From: Balanoglossus misakiensis
Taxonomy: Eukaryota > Animalia > Hemichordata
Assembly: GCA_040954595.2 (NCBI GenBank)
Contig: CM082596.2
Span: forward strand, 6,026,791 to 6,090,790
Reading direction: 5' to 3'
DNA: 64,000 bases
Both the position numbers and the translations under genes were made by a program. The notes under the pieces were generated by a model. It did not search any database. It was given only the letters and a program-made list of their open reading frames with translations, and was not told the origin of the DNA. Positions 54,901 to 64,000 of the stretch are shown here, piece after piece. Within the stretch, counting starts at the first letter, position 1, and each line of letters opens with the position of its first letter.

Positions 54901-55913
54901 ATCCAAGTGTGAATAGGTCACAGGCCAGTGACATTCTTTGCAAATGCCAGCATATGCTTGCCCAAGTCACTCTTTCAGTTTCTGTTGGTACTCACTGCAC
55001 TGGTAGCAATGACATCACAAGAAGCAAACACTTGATTTGATCAGCAACAGCCTTCCCTATCATTTCTAATCCAAGTGAGAACTGCCTAAGTTGTTTGGGC
55101 ATAATATATGACTTATTAACCAGATTATGGCACCTATCTTTGTTTATTGACTCCAAATTTTGAATTACCTGTTTTACATTTCAGGAAAAAAAAAAAGGTT
55201 ACAACAAAACGTCTCCTATCTAAGACATATTGGTAGGTTTTTCCCCATTCAAAACTAATTAATATTTCAACATTTTTATTTTCTTCATTGACACAATGAT
55301 AGAAAACAAATATCCTTTCTAATTTGTAACTTAAAAATTCACACAAAGTAACAGGAAAGAAAATAAATTTATTTATATTAGTGCAAATTATAAAAATTGA
55401 AAAAGTTAAGTTGGACAACGGTCAATATTGAATGTTTTATTACTTTATGATCAAGTATACTGCAACCTTGAGATTTGTACAGGCTGCCAATTGCTTACCG
55501 GGTGGTGTAACTTGTGTTAACGTCCATTTGAACTTGCTAAATAAAGCACTGACTGTTTTCTGGCCTGATAACATGCCCTGTGATACACTTTCTAGAAGTA
55601 ATTTTGACGTTAAGTTTCTGGGATTCTATGAAATGAACATGCTTGATAAATATATCCTAGGCGCGCGCGCAGGCGCTTTGTATCGACACGCAGCTAGAAA
55701 CCGAATACATGTAAGTTGCTTAGTGTATTGTGACCCCAAGTCTAATGTCTCTATCCTACAGACGCGCCCGTGACCTACTTGCAAACTTTTCGTGATCAAC
55801 GGTGGAGTCGATATTTTCTATTTAAAAAAATCAGTTCTTACCTTTTTAAAAACGGCTCTTCTGAGTTCGTGTACCACTTGTGTTCTAAGGTCTGTGTTTT
55901 CTATGTACTGCAT
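32627..55913 (-). CDS. Multi-exon transcription factor: N-terminal divergent SRF-type MADS-box-like domain, long low-complexity region and nine C2H2 zinc fingers (>=1223 aa)
   Basis: Exons on -: 55944-55842 (ATG at 55913), 36911-36653, 36319-34290, 33937-32627; phases 0/1/0 are compatible, giving 3672 nt from the ATG at 55913 to TGA. Nine C-x2-C-x12-H-x3/4-H fingers with linkers such as HTGELPHKC. The upstream exon ending at 60220 also joins in frame and may add ~56 aa. Confidence 0.8.
34290..36319 (-). CDS. 2030-nt internal exon of the zinc-finger gene: poly-Ser/His/Gln, Pro-rich and acidic regions, first part of ZF1
   Basis: Within the 697-aa ORF; acceptor gtttgatag ending at 36320; ends FKCEICGKVYAKNESLKYHK at a GC donor (AAG|GCAAGA); high GC3. 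Confidence 0.9.
36653..36911 (-). CDS. Exon encoding the C-terminal half of the MADS-like domain and an ALDLS motif
   Basis: Acceptor gttttgcag, donor G|GTGAGT; encodes GHTLASLTGCEVFVKVIDETSIPQFYGTEYFMRQYYEEG...EEALDLSCK; phase 1 exit matches the next exon. Confidence 0.85.
37077..37248. mobile_element. Tc1/mariner (pogo-like) MITE
   Basis: Terminal inverted repeats CAGTAAAACCTCTCT / AGACAGGTTTTACTG; no coding capacity. Confidence 0.6.
39440..39532. mobile_element. piggyBac-like MITE copy
   Basis: TTAA-CCCTCTCACC...GGTGAAAGGG-TTCA; internal tagaggtccaactttacca shared with the other copies. Confidence 0.7.
40025..40117. mobile_element. piggyBac-like MITE copy
   Basis: TTAA-CCTTT...AAAGGG-TTAA; same internal sequence (gaggtccaactttaccatag...atggatttggaccaaaccatgg). 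Confidence 0.7.
43132..43227. mobile_element. piggyBac-like MITE (~88 bp) with TTAA target duplication
   Basis: TTAA-CCCTTTCAC...GTGAAAGGG-TTAA; related copies at 39440-39532, 40025-40117 and 52671-52770. Confidence 0.75.
44815..44965 (+). repeat. Dispersed repeat, second copy at ~47250-47332
   Basis: Shared agttaccat....gagatctagccaaYcacaSatttt...gggtggc...caccacatg. Confidence 0.5.
46545..46740 (+). mobile_element. tRNA-derived SINE with CORE-like central segment
   Basis: A-box-like segment ~46550-46570, B-box GGTTCGAGACC at 46600-46610, then gctgtgcccttgagcaagagactttta resembling the CORE-SINE domain; AT-rich tail. Confidence 0.55.
48830..49068 (+). repeat. Interspersed repeat remnant ending in a hairpin (Helentron/HINE-like)
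   Basis: aaaatggccgcc...gccatattggat followed by terminal stem TTTAGTCCC...GGGACTAAA (49032-49066) and an A-run. Confidence 0.35.
51078..51281. mobile_element. ~200 bp MITE flanked by a 5-bp direct repeat (CTAAG)
   Basis: TIRs CAGTGTTTCATTAAGA / TCTTGGATGAAACATTG; CTAAG at 51073-51077 and 51282-51286. Confidence 0.55.
52671..52770. mobile_element. Degenerate piggyBac-like MITE copy
   Basis: tccaactttaccataga...tggaccaatccatagtgataaaagggttaa matches the family; the left end is decayed. Confidence 0.6.
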
Positions 55914-55944
55914 CCTTGGCGTCAGACGTTCCTCTCCCTCGTTC
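55842..55944 (-). CDS. Exon encoding the N-terminal half of the MADS-like domain
   Basis: Acceptor gttgttttttctag, donor AAG|GTAAGA; encodes NEGEERLTPRMQYIENTDLRTQVVHELRRAVFKK; phase 0 exit matches exon 36911-36653 and completes an ungapped MADS-like alignment. Confidence 0.75.
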
Positions 55945-58900
55945 CTAGAAAAAACAACACAGCGGCGAATTTTGCTTAGAAAACGCGAAGTTCCCAGACT
56001 GCGATTTGTGTGTGTGGATACCCCGCATTCACGACCAGACATGCACAAGCGACATGTGTCCCGGGCTGTAGGCGGGTCAAACGCCACTTTTTCACACTGA
56101 CAGTCCGCTGTTTCACTGCCCGAGGGGTAGGGTTTCATTTCTGTCCAGCGTGCAGTCAAACTTTTGCGTGACACAAATAATATCGGGGATTATTCACAAA
56201 CCTGTCGGGAGCGCTCAGTCCGTCCGTGTCCGCCATGTTGAAACCACTTAGGTTCGTATACTTGCAACTAGTCAGCCGACTGCGGTGTACAGGGCTGCAA
56301 AATAATACACTGTGGAGGTTAGTGACCCTAAAATTCCAAGAGCTGTCTGACTCATACTACCAATCGAACAGACTTGTTTTCGGGAGTGCCAGGAAAGAAA
56401 ATTCGAGCAAAAGCATGACTGTCTTCCTGTCACATTACTGTGCTGAGGAGTCGGTGACCTCTGACCCTGGTTTGGCCCAATGCTGCTGGCGTTAGCGAAT
56501 GAGAACGTCTCTGGCCTTGTGGGCGTTTGACCTGTCTAGCTTTGTTCTCCGAGAATTGCCTTGATGTTTTTTTGGGGCGCAGTGGCTATTATTTGAGCAA
56601 GTACATATATGCATGTCTCAACAGCACACAGATTGCAGTGCGGTGTCTTTCGCGACCATTGGTACGTCTACAGGCCTTGCCGTGGGAGTTAGGCCTATGT
56701 TCTCAGAAAAGTTAAAAATAATGGAACCTGTATTTCCTGGAAAAAGTGCATTAAACCTTATCGCCCCTATGCAATGCAATCTAACAATCATATTACGCAA
56801 ATCGAGTTTAAATACCATCTTCCCCCCTGTTTATGAGCTTTCGTGAAGTTTATATAAATGGTAATGCCCACCAAGGCATACCATGCCCACCACACCGTGC
56901 GGTCCAAGGCCCATCGGCGGGTTATTGGATGATCATCAGCATTTAAAAATATGAATAAAATGTCGATATTGATTTTCACAACAAATTATAGGACTACGAC
57001 CCTGCATTTGTGAGATTCAACAATGGGTCCGTTTAGTGAAGACGTGTTCACACGTTTTAAGGTGACGTCACGAAACAGGCCCGAAATAAAGTGGACTTTG
57101 GGCCAACGTTACGACTTGAGACTAATAATATTTAGGCCTAGGCCTCAGTACTGTACTTTACTGCACTGTACTGCCGTGTTGCCACGTAAACCTGTGGCCA
57201 ATATGTCAATACTAATAAAAGTTTGTTTTGATAACGGCATATAATTGTGAACAACTGATGAACCCCTTTCAGGACCTCTCGTGAAACATGGGCGTTGGGC
57301 GGCGTCGAACTGAAGCTTTGGTGAATTTACATTCAACAGAGTTTGGTTTCTAAGAATTGTTGTCATAAAATTGTTATTTTAACGTTAAAACGCAAATTGA
57401 CTTTAACGATCTCTGCCAGTGTCATTGATAATATGGATAGGGCGGAGGGTTGGTGGACGTATGGGTCTTGTTTGCTTTCTCTCAGTGATTTAGCCCTGCG
57501 TACACGTACAAGGTCTGTGTGTTCCCAGAGTTACACGTGCAACTTGAAGCCGGAAACACACAGACCTGTACGGCTGGGCTAAAACTGATAATCTGTCGAC
57601 GCATGCCCCATGTTAACGGTCATTTGCAGTACCTGTTTTATCATCATTTGTGTACTACACACATACACGCTGTTGTAATCTACCGTGACCTGCTAACCGT
57701 CAGGCATATCATTGAATCGGTTTATCAAAAAAACACGATATTTCTGCAACCTTTGGGGCGAAATGCAGCGCTATTATACATTTTTTTCGTTGTAGGCCTA
57801 ATTCTGAATTCTCAACCACATCGATACATCCGTAAAATGAATGAAATCCTCATTGAAAAGTGCGAATTAAAACTGAGGAGGAAATGTCAAACGATAGATC
57901 TTTCCTGCTCTTGGAAATGTTTTGTGATATGAAAAAGGCATCGCGGATCTAGGCCAAGATATCAAATATGAAATCTATCTCTGGCTGACGTCGTGGAACG
58001 GTGCGTTTCCACGGTAACTAGACTATATAACCTTTTAAGTCGCTCGGTAAAATTTTAAACGCAATCGACCTTCAAAGCGTGTTTTTTCTGAAAAAAATCG
58101 TGATGAAACTCGATTGTGTGTCAGATTATCCAACGGATCGAACCGAGGTCATAATTATATTTTACAAGTTGATCGTTTGCGCCTCTGGTATTGTAGATGA
58201 GTAAGTACGGAGACGTATTTTACTTATGCGGTACGGCATAAGAATACCGTACCACCTAAGTAAAAGACATCGCCGGAATCTACATCTGATTTAATCAGAT
58301 TGAGATTATACAGGCCGACTACACCCGTATAGACAGTCGGTAGCGTGTGCTATATGACCACAGAGGGCGTTGCCTTGCAGATAAATTTAGATCGATGCGC
58401 GCATGTTCGAGTTCTGTCTCCGGGACAACAAAAACGCAGACCAAAGTGATAGATAAAACGAAACTGTAAAATGCGAGTCCATTCTATAGCATTGCCCCAA
58501 CACTCAAGTCAGCGTTTCAACGGCATGAAGTTCAAGTTGCTTGTATTTCCAGCAGGAATGTCGAGCTGAAACTTTATCCGTATATTCGATCCATTTCGTT
58601 CTTCGCACGTTTTCATGACGGAATCCCTATATGTGGAGTGACCGTGCTGTTATATGGTAAGCTTTCACTAGTATACATGTACATGTAATACAAAATGAGG
58701 GAAGGTAAACATTATGGTATACCACGGTACTTCTCCTCGCTCATCACTGTGATATAAAACCAGAACATCACGACCTCCTTCTTTCACTTCAGGACATGAA
58801 AAAAATTACGAGTCACGAAGCATTTTCCTCCGAAAAAGAGACCCGCATTTATCGGCCGCGGTGGACGCTGCCTTATCCGGGTTGGGTGCTATGTATATAA

Positions 58901-60219
58901 TGGAACGGGTGTTGAAGCGTTGCGGTTTTCCGAACAATTTTCCAGTTCCGCGCAGTAGGCACGGTGAACATCGCGCCTTCGTGACGTATCATCACACAGA
59001 GCGAAACCCGGCAGATACATCCGGCATGTTTCAAATTTTCTCACAGTCAAACACTGGCAGGCACCACGTAAAAGTGGACAGAAATTTATCCTCTAAAACA
59101 TGCAGCGCCAGGCCCAGAGAAAGCAAAACCAGAACCACGCTTGGATCACGTCAACACCATCAATCATACTATAGTTGCAGCCGTTTTTCACTGAGCAACA
59201 TCATGAATTTCTACGACACGAGTATTTTTGGACAGAGGGATTTAGAGCCCACAAGCCTGTATGTATCCGGCTTTCATGATTGATTGAACACTTTCGATGA
59301 TTTTTAAATTTATTACTCAAAGAGTCAAAGTTCGCTGCGGGCTTTGCTTACGGTGCTTTTTTTATTTATATAAAAAATGTTCGATGGTTGTGCGGTCTAC
59401 CGGGCAGCGAAAGTTTTGGCTCGTACACCGGACACTAAAACGAGCGACGTCGGTAGGGTGACAGATTTGGACAATCGAACGCATGCCAACAATGAGTGGG
59501 CGACGAATTATAGTGAAGTCCCCAACACAAGCTGGACCAAACGTGGTGCCGACAAGCCACTTCGACTATGCACTTTCTGCGCTGCTTTTGCTAGCTTGTG
59601 TAGATTGTCAGACTATGCCATGGTCAGACACGCTCGCACATGAACATTTGCAAATCAACGTGCGTCACTCTGAGTAAGAGCGCCACCACTGTCAGGGTGG
59701 AGTACTTGGCCAATTTCGCGGCAAAGAACTTGAAATTGTTCCTGCCCCCTCAGTTTAATCTATTCATAACAACGCTGCCATATTCACTTTACCCTTCATC
59801 ATAGTTTTTTCTTTCTTTCAGGAAATCACACAGAAGTTGGGTATTGTACGAAGAGGACCACAAAATATGGGGGAAATATTAAAAAGTCAAACACATCGAT
59901 GTTACTTCGGAATAGTCGTGGTTGTTCTTGTGACGGAACATTTAGGCGGGGTTTTCACAGCAATCTAGACACTTTCGCTTTCAATCGTATAGAGAACCCC
60001 CACAGCTGAAAAATGCCATTGCCAGATGGACGACAATTTCTTTGCTAACATTTTGCGGGTGAAAGCGATAATGAGAATTTGTCTTCAACAAAACTTCATG
60101 ATAAAAAAGCTATGGATGAAATAATTTGACAACGCGACGGTTCTTGGAATATTGCAGCCAAACGGTCGAGTAAAGTTGGAGAGAAAACGAAAACAAAGCA
60201 AAGAGAGACTGTTGCTCAC

Positions 60220-60480
60220 CGATTACGCTTCAGATGGAGTTTTGGCGGCTGAAGAAGATTCTTTTTGACGTCGCTTGGGTATCGGCGCCGCCGCATCAGT
60301 GCTGGTGGGCTGGTGAATCGGCCGCTCACGAAAGTAGCGCGCACGCTCTCCATCATACATGTAGTTTGCCAATTGGTCTCGCAAACGCTCATCGCTGGTT
60401 CTTGTACAGTCACTGACCAGGCCGACCACGAAGTGAACCGAGGCGTCAGGTGTACACGTGGGTACTGGCTTGGGCATGAG
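60220..60480 (-). other. Putative first exon of the MADS-like/zinc-finger gene (5' UTR and/or N-terminal extension)
   Basis: CpG-rich segment ending in donor CG|GTGAGC at 60219; its phase 2 exit joins exon 55944 in frame; in-frame ATGs at 60392, 60356, 60353 and 60296. The 5' boundary is approximate. Confidence 0.55.
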
Positions 60481-60890
60481 TTTGTGCGCACGGCACGCAC
60501 GGGGGAGTTACACTAAAAAGGGGCCCGAAACTGTTCTCGTGACGTTTTGCATATGGAAATGACCCGGTTTTTCGGAATTCGGTAAACCGATCGAAATGTG
60601 ATCAGTTTTAAACTTGCTGGATTGTGATACCGTTACGTTAGCACAGTGAGTTTAAATTGCACCGTCTGTTTAATTTGTTTGTTACGAACAGAATCGGTTT
60701 TTCGCAGTAGCTGTATAGCAATATCATCTCGCAGATGCGCTACAGAGGGCTATATGTAACATTGCTTAAACCCTTCAATATCAGCCGACCCTTCCCTAAT
60801 CCCACGGGGGGGGGGGGGGCTTATATTATTTCCAGGAGAGCGGATGTGCAGAATTTTTCACAGTTTTAATCACTTGAGTTTTCTGCGTAA
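60480..60890. promoter_or_regulatory. Putative bidirectional promoter between the zinc-finger gene (-) and the Roc GTPase gene (+)
   Basis: CpG-containing region between the minus-strand first exon (ends 60220) and a plus-strand donor GTAAGT at 60887; CRE-like GTGACGT at ~60539 and GGAA (ETS-like) cores. Confidence 0.35.
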
Positions 60891-62724
60891 GTATATTAAA
60901 GGATCAGGCACAGATGTACACGAGTGTAGATGATTTACATACATATACCATTTCATGGTAGGCATTGTTATCTCCTAATCCTATCATAATCTCATGACGT
61001 GTCCATTCTGAGCTCTTTCATCAACTGTACGCAGCCGGTTTAGTATAACTGTTTTCGAGAGAGAATATATCACGCTATTGAAAAGACTAACTCTCAACCA
61101 ACCATTGACGATTGATAAAAGTACAGGTATACTGTAGCTTTTTGGTATTTTGTTCGCTGTGGTGGTTTGAAACCAAACGCAAATCATGTGGAAAAGCATA
61201 CACGAGTTTGATCACAGGCAAGTTTTTTTTTCAAACGTTGACGATGCACAACTAAGATTTCAACAAATGATTGACAACTTGGTCTTCGCCAACAAGTACA
61301 TATAGGCAGCGATCTCATGTTAACGGCCAAACATTTTGACCAGATCACGAGGGAATCCTATATACATCTAATGTACTCGCGTTAGGTTCAAGAAACCATA
61401 TTTGAGTGCAAACACCAAAGTACCAAAGAGCTGTCGCACTCAAACCGACCAACTCGCTGGTACGAGGAAAGATGTTACTTCCAAACCGACATATTATTAC
61501 AGCGTACAACGAAAACCATCATCACGATTTCGCAAATCCTCTTTTATTAAAAAAGTCAATCGACTTTCTGCTTTGAAAACAGCCGACCGTTCTATGATTC
61601 AAAACATATTTCTGAATCGCATTGCCCAGTCACACAGCTGTTACAAATCGCCTTTCTCGCTCTTTCTTGTTTAATTATTGTGGGATGTGCGCATTAAATG
61701 AATATCGGCATTAAAATGTTTGGCAAAAAGTATCTTGAGTTACTAGTATTTGTATAATTCAAAATGAATTGTTATGAGCTAATTCTCTGCTAACAAAGTC
61801 CTTTGTTATATTCAATATTTTCTAGAATGTCCCCTATCCCTATCCACGATTTAATTCCCCACAGCTTGCATATGTATATAAATACCATCTCTTATTTTGA
61901 AACCGTCCGACCCGACCTCGGAAACGATTCCGATGACAAATAAGACAGACGGCGGACAAGAATAACCGAATTTGGTATGAAAAATCAAGCATGACTGACC
62001 GAGTGACTGATTGACTGGAGGACAGACTGTCTCTCCGTGCGCATTGTGATTGGTGTATGTCACCATGGTTACAAAGCTACCACAAGGGAAACCCATCAAC
62101 GGCACAACAAATGTTGCCGCGGAGAAAGTTACAATCGACGCGGCGATTTGTTGCCCAGATCAAAGCATGCAATGCACGCAAATGATCATATTGCTTGATA
62201 TTTTATTTGACTGGCGTTGTGATGGAGAAAAAAACAACACAACAGGTGGCACGAGTTAGGCCGTGCAACGCGTGTTCATCATTTTGGCTCTGTCAAGTAA
62301 TTAATCTGTGCCATTCCGCAGCGGGTTGTTATACCACTGCATTAACCAATTGCATGTATGTAGGCAGAAGGCTGAGCCTGGAGACATTTCAAGTTACACA
62401 CGGGGCAGCAATGCCATTGATTGCGACAACCACCATGCACGAGCGTGCCTATCAGGAAATATGAATCTATCGGAAACATATACAATGCGAGGGAAAGACA
62501 GTGTGGTATGACTAATAAGTATATGTCGGAGGTTATAGCCTAATGCTGTACTAATGATATTATATTTTAAGATTTCTCTATCAGGTCCAGATTTCATGTT
62601 GAAGAACGTGTGTTATAACACACCATGCAGCGAACCCTCGATCGTGATTCGTCAATACGGCGTCACGTGACCATCGTCATTTCGAACTGTTGCCTAGAGC
62701 ATCAGTTCGATCGGTTTGGTGTGT

Positions 62725-62921
62725 TATAAAACACATGATGACTGACATATTCGGGCAACAGTGTATTTTTAATGACCTCGGGACTGCCAGTCACACCAAA
62801 ACAGTCGTTTTCCCTCGGGCTATGCCCTCGGGAAAACAAGACTGTTTTAGTTGTGACTAGCAGCACCCTCGGTCATCAAAATACACTGTTGCCCTCATTG
62901 TCAGTCATCATGTGTATATTA
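62725..62921. mobile_element. Long palindromic (fold-back) MITE-like element
   Basis: ~95-bp imperfect inverted arms: acacatgatgactgaca...gggcaacagtgtatttt...aaaacagtc.gttttccc vs gggaaaac..gactgtttt...aaaatacactgttgccc...tgtcagtcatcatgtgt, centred on ccctcgggctatgccctcggg. Confidence 0.7.
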
Positions 62922-63785
62922 TGTCCTCTTTGCTATCGCATAAGTATAGCGCCCTCTGTAGTGTATAGTCGATGAGACGAAATACATTGTACACAGTTCG
63001 GACATACGCAACATTTCGACGGGACATTTTTCCGAGTGTTGAACGCAGGTTTTAGCAACCAGGTAACAACATTCGACATCTGAACCCCTGAAAACTTTAT
63101 ACAGGTGGGTAGTAAAGTGAATCTCGGATGTTACAGTAATTAGCCGTTCTCCCATACGACTGGGATTCACCCGCGCAAGGTTGAAGGGTCACGTGGGGGT
63201 CATTTGCCAGTTTATACCCCTAGGAGAATCACACACAGATGTTAAAATACCGGCGATGCATGTCAGCATGACCAACGTGCATGTCCAAGACAAACGAAGA
63301 ATTCAAGTGTGTTTTATCATCAAATTGATGCCCACATCAGGACGATTAACTCGTTGGCAACTATGATAACCAACTTCCGTGTTCGTGTAGGAAACATCAT
63401 GGAACCAGCAACAGCACGTGTGCAAAATATATCGATATTAAACACCGCATTCGCCATATAGATCACCAGATAAACCCTGTCGAACTTCGTATGGTTGATT
63501 AGTTACTGAAGCTAGGGACTTGGCTTTCCTTACGTACACTTTCGTTTTGTTTTAAATGTGTGCAATAAAATTGGCAGCAGTCCAAACATGAAATCGCGCC
63601 TCTTGACATATATAATATACATAGTATATTATACTATTGATTAGTCATATATTAACCTTTTATTAGAGCGTCAGATCTGATATATTGTGTATTGTAAAAG
63701 GTGTGGCTGTACCCTAATCTGATTTAAATAAGAACTGAACGTTTGCATACAGTGTATACATTTCAAAATTATTGCTATTTCAGAC

Positions 63786-64000
63786 ATGTCAGAATCAAGG
63801 AGAATTTTTCACCAGTTTCACCTGGTTGACGCAAGTGATCAGGCCAACTTGGCAACGGACGGTGACAAACTCAAAGACTTGATTGAAGAGGGCAACATCA
63901 ACGGCGTGATTCCGAGGAACAGGATGCAACTGCAGATTCTGGGAGACGCCAGGGCGGGGAAGACGAGTCTGAGGAAGAGACTGATGGGCGAGAAATTCGA
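63786..64000 (+). CDS. 5' part of a Roc-domain (ROCO family-like) P-loop GTPase gene, truncated by the window end
   Basis: Acceptor atttcag ending at 63783, ATG at 63786, frame open to the window end: MSESRRIFHQFHLVDASDQANLATDGDKLKDLIEEGNINGVIPRNRMQLQILGDARAGKTSLRKRLMGEKF. Walker A GDARAGKT lies in the typical Roc G1 context (R-x-K/Q-L-x-x-hG...GKTSL...L-x-G-E-x-F). Absent from the ORF track because there is no stop. Confidence 0.75.
   Translation, partial: MSESRRIFHQFHLVDASDQANLATDGDKLKDLIEEGNINGVIPRNRMQLQILGDARAGKTSLRKRLMGEKF

Noticed and set aside
37300-55400. The many 60-140 aa ORFs in the large intron, checked as alternative zinc-finger exons or nested genes
   Set aside because: No C2H2 or other motifs, AT-rich non-coding composition and no consistent splice/phase support.
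55842-55944. Calling the gene SRF or MEF2
   Set aside because: True animal SRF/MEF2 MADS boxes are nearly invariant; this is only ~28% identical by hand count, lacks TFSKRK and is fused to C2H2 fingers.

Overview
Eukaryotic, intron-rich, AT-rich DNA from an animal, probably a marine invertebrate (inference); no prokaryotic features. Most six-frame ORFs are spurious or are single exons, so I built gene models by hand from GT/AG sites and phase continuity. Contents: (1) a tandem array of three intact TMEM163-like (CDF/SLC30-related zinc transporter) paralogs on + (1599-4592, 13644-16868, 21537-24896), each with 8 coding exons. Paralogs 2 and 3 share a homologous non-coding first exon with an RFX X-box, and each first intron holds a homologous antisense remnant, which in paralog 2 is recognisable as a decayed class A GPCR. 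(2) A large minus-strand gene (about 27400-60480) for a ~1220-1280 aa protein with nine C2H2 zinc fingers. Its N-terminus, split by an ~18.9 kb intron, aligns without gaps to the SRF-type MADS box but has a degenerate DNA-recognition helix. This MADS-like + C2H2 architecture is the most unusual thing in the window, and one finger is completed only through a GC-AG intron. (3) The start of a divergently transcribed Roc-like (ROCO) GTPase gene cut by the window end (63786-64000). Several MITEs, a tRNA-derived SINE and microsatellites lie in introns and intergenic DNA. Family calls rest on motifs and on reference sequences recalled from memory, not on database searches.
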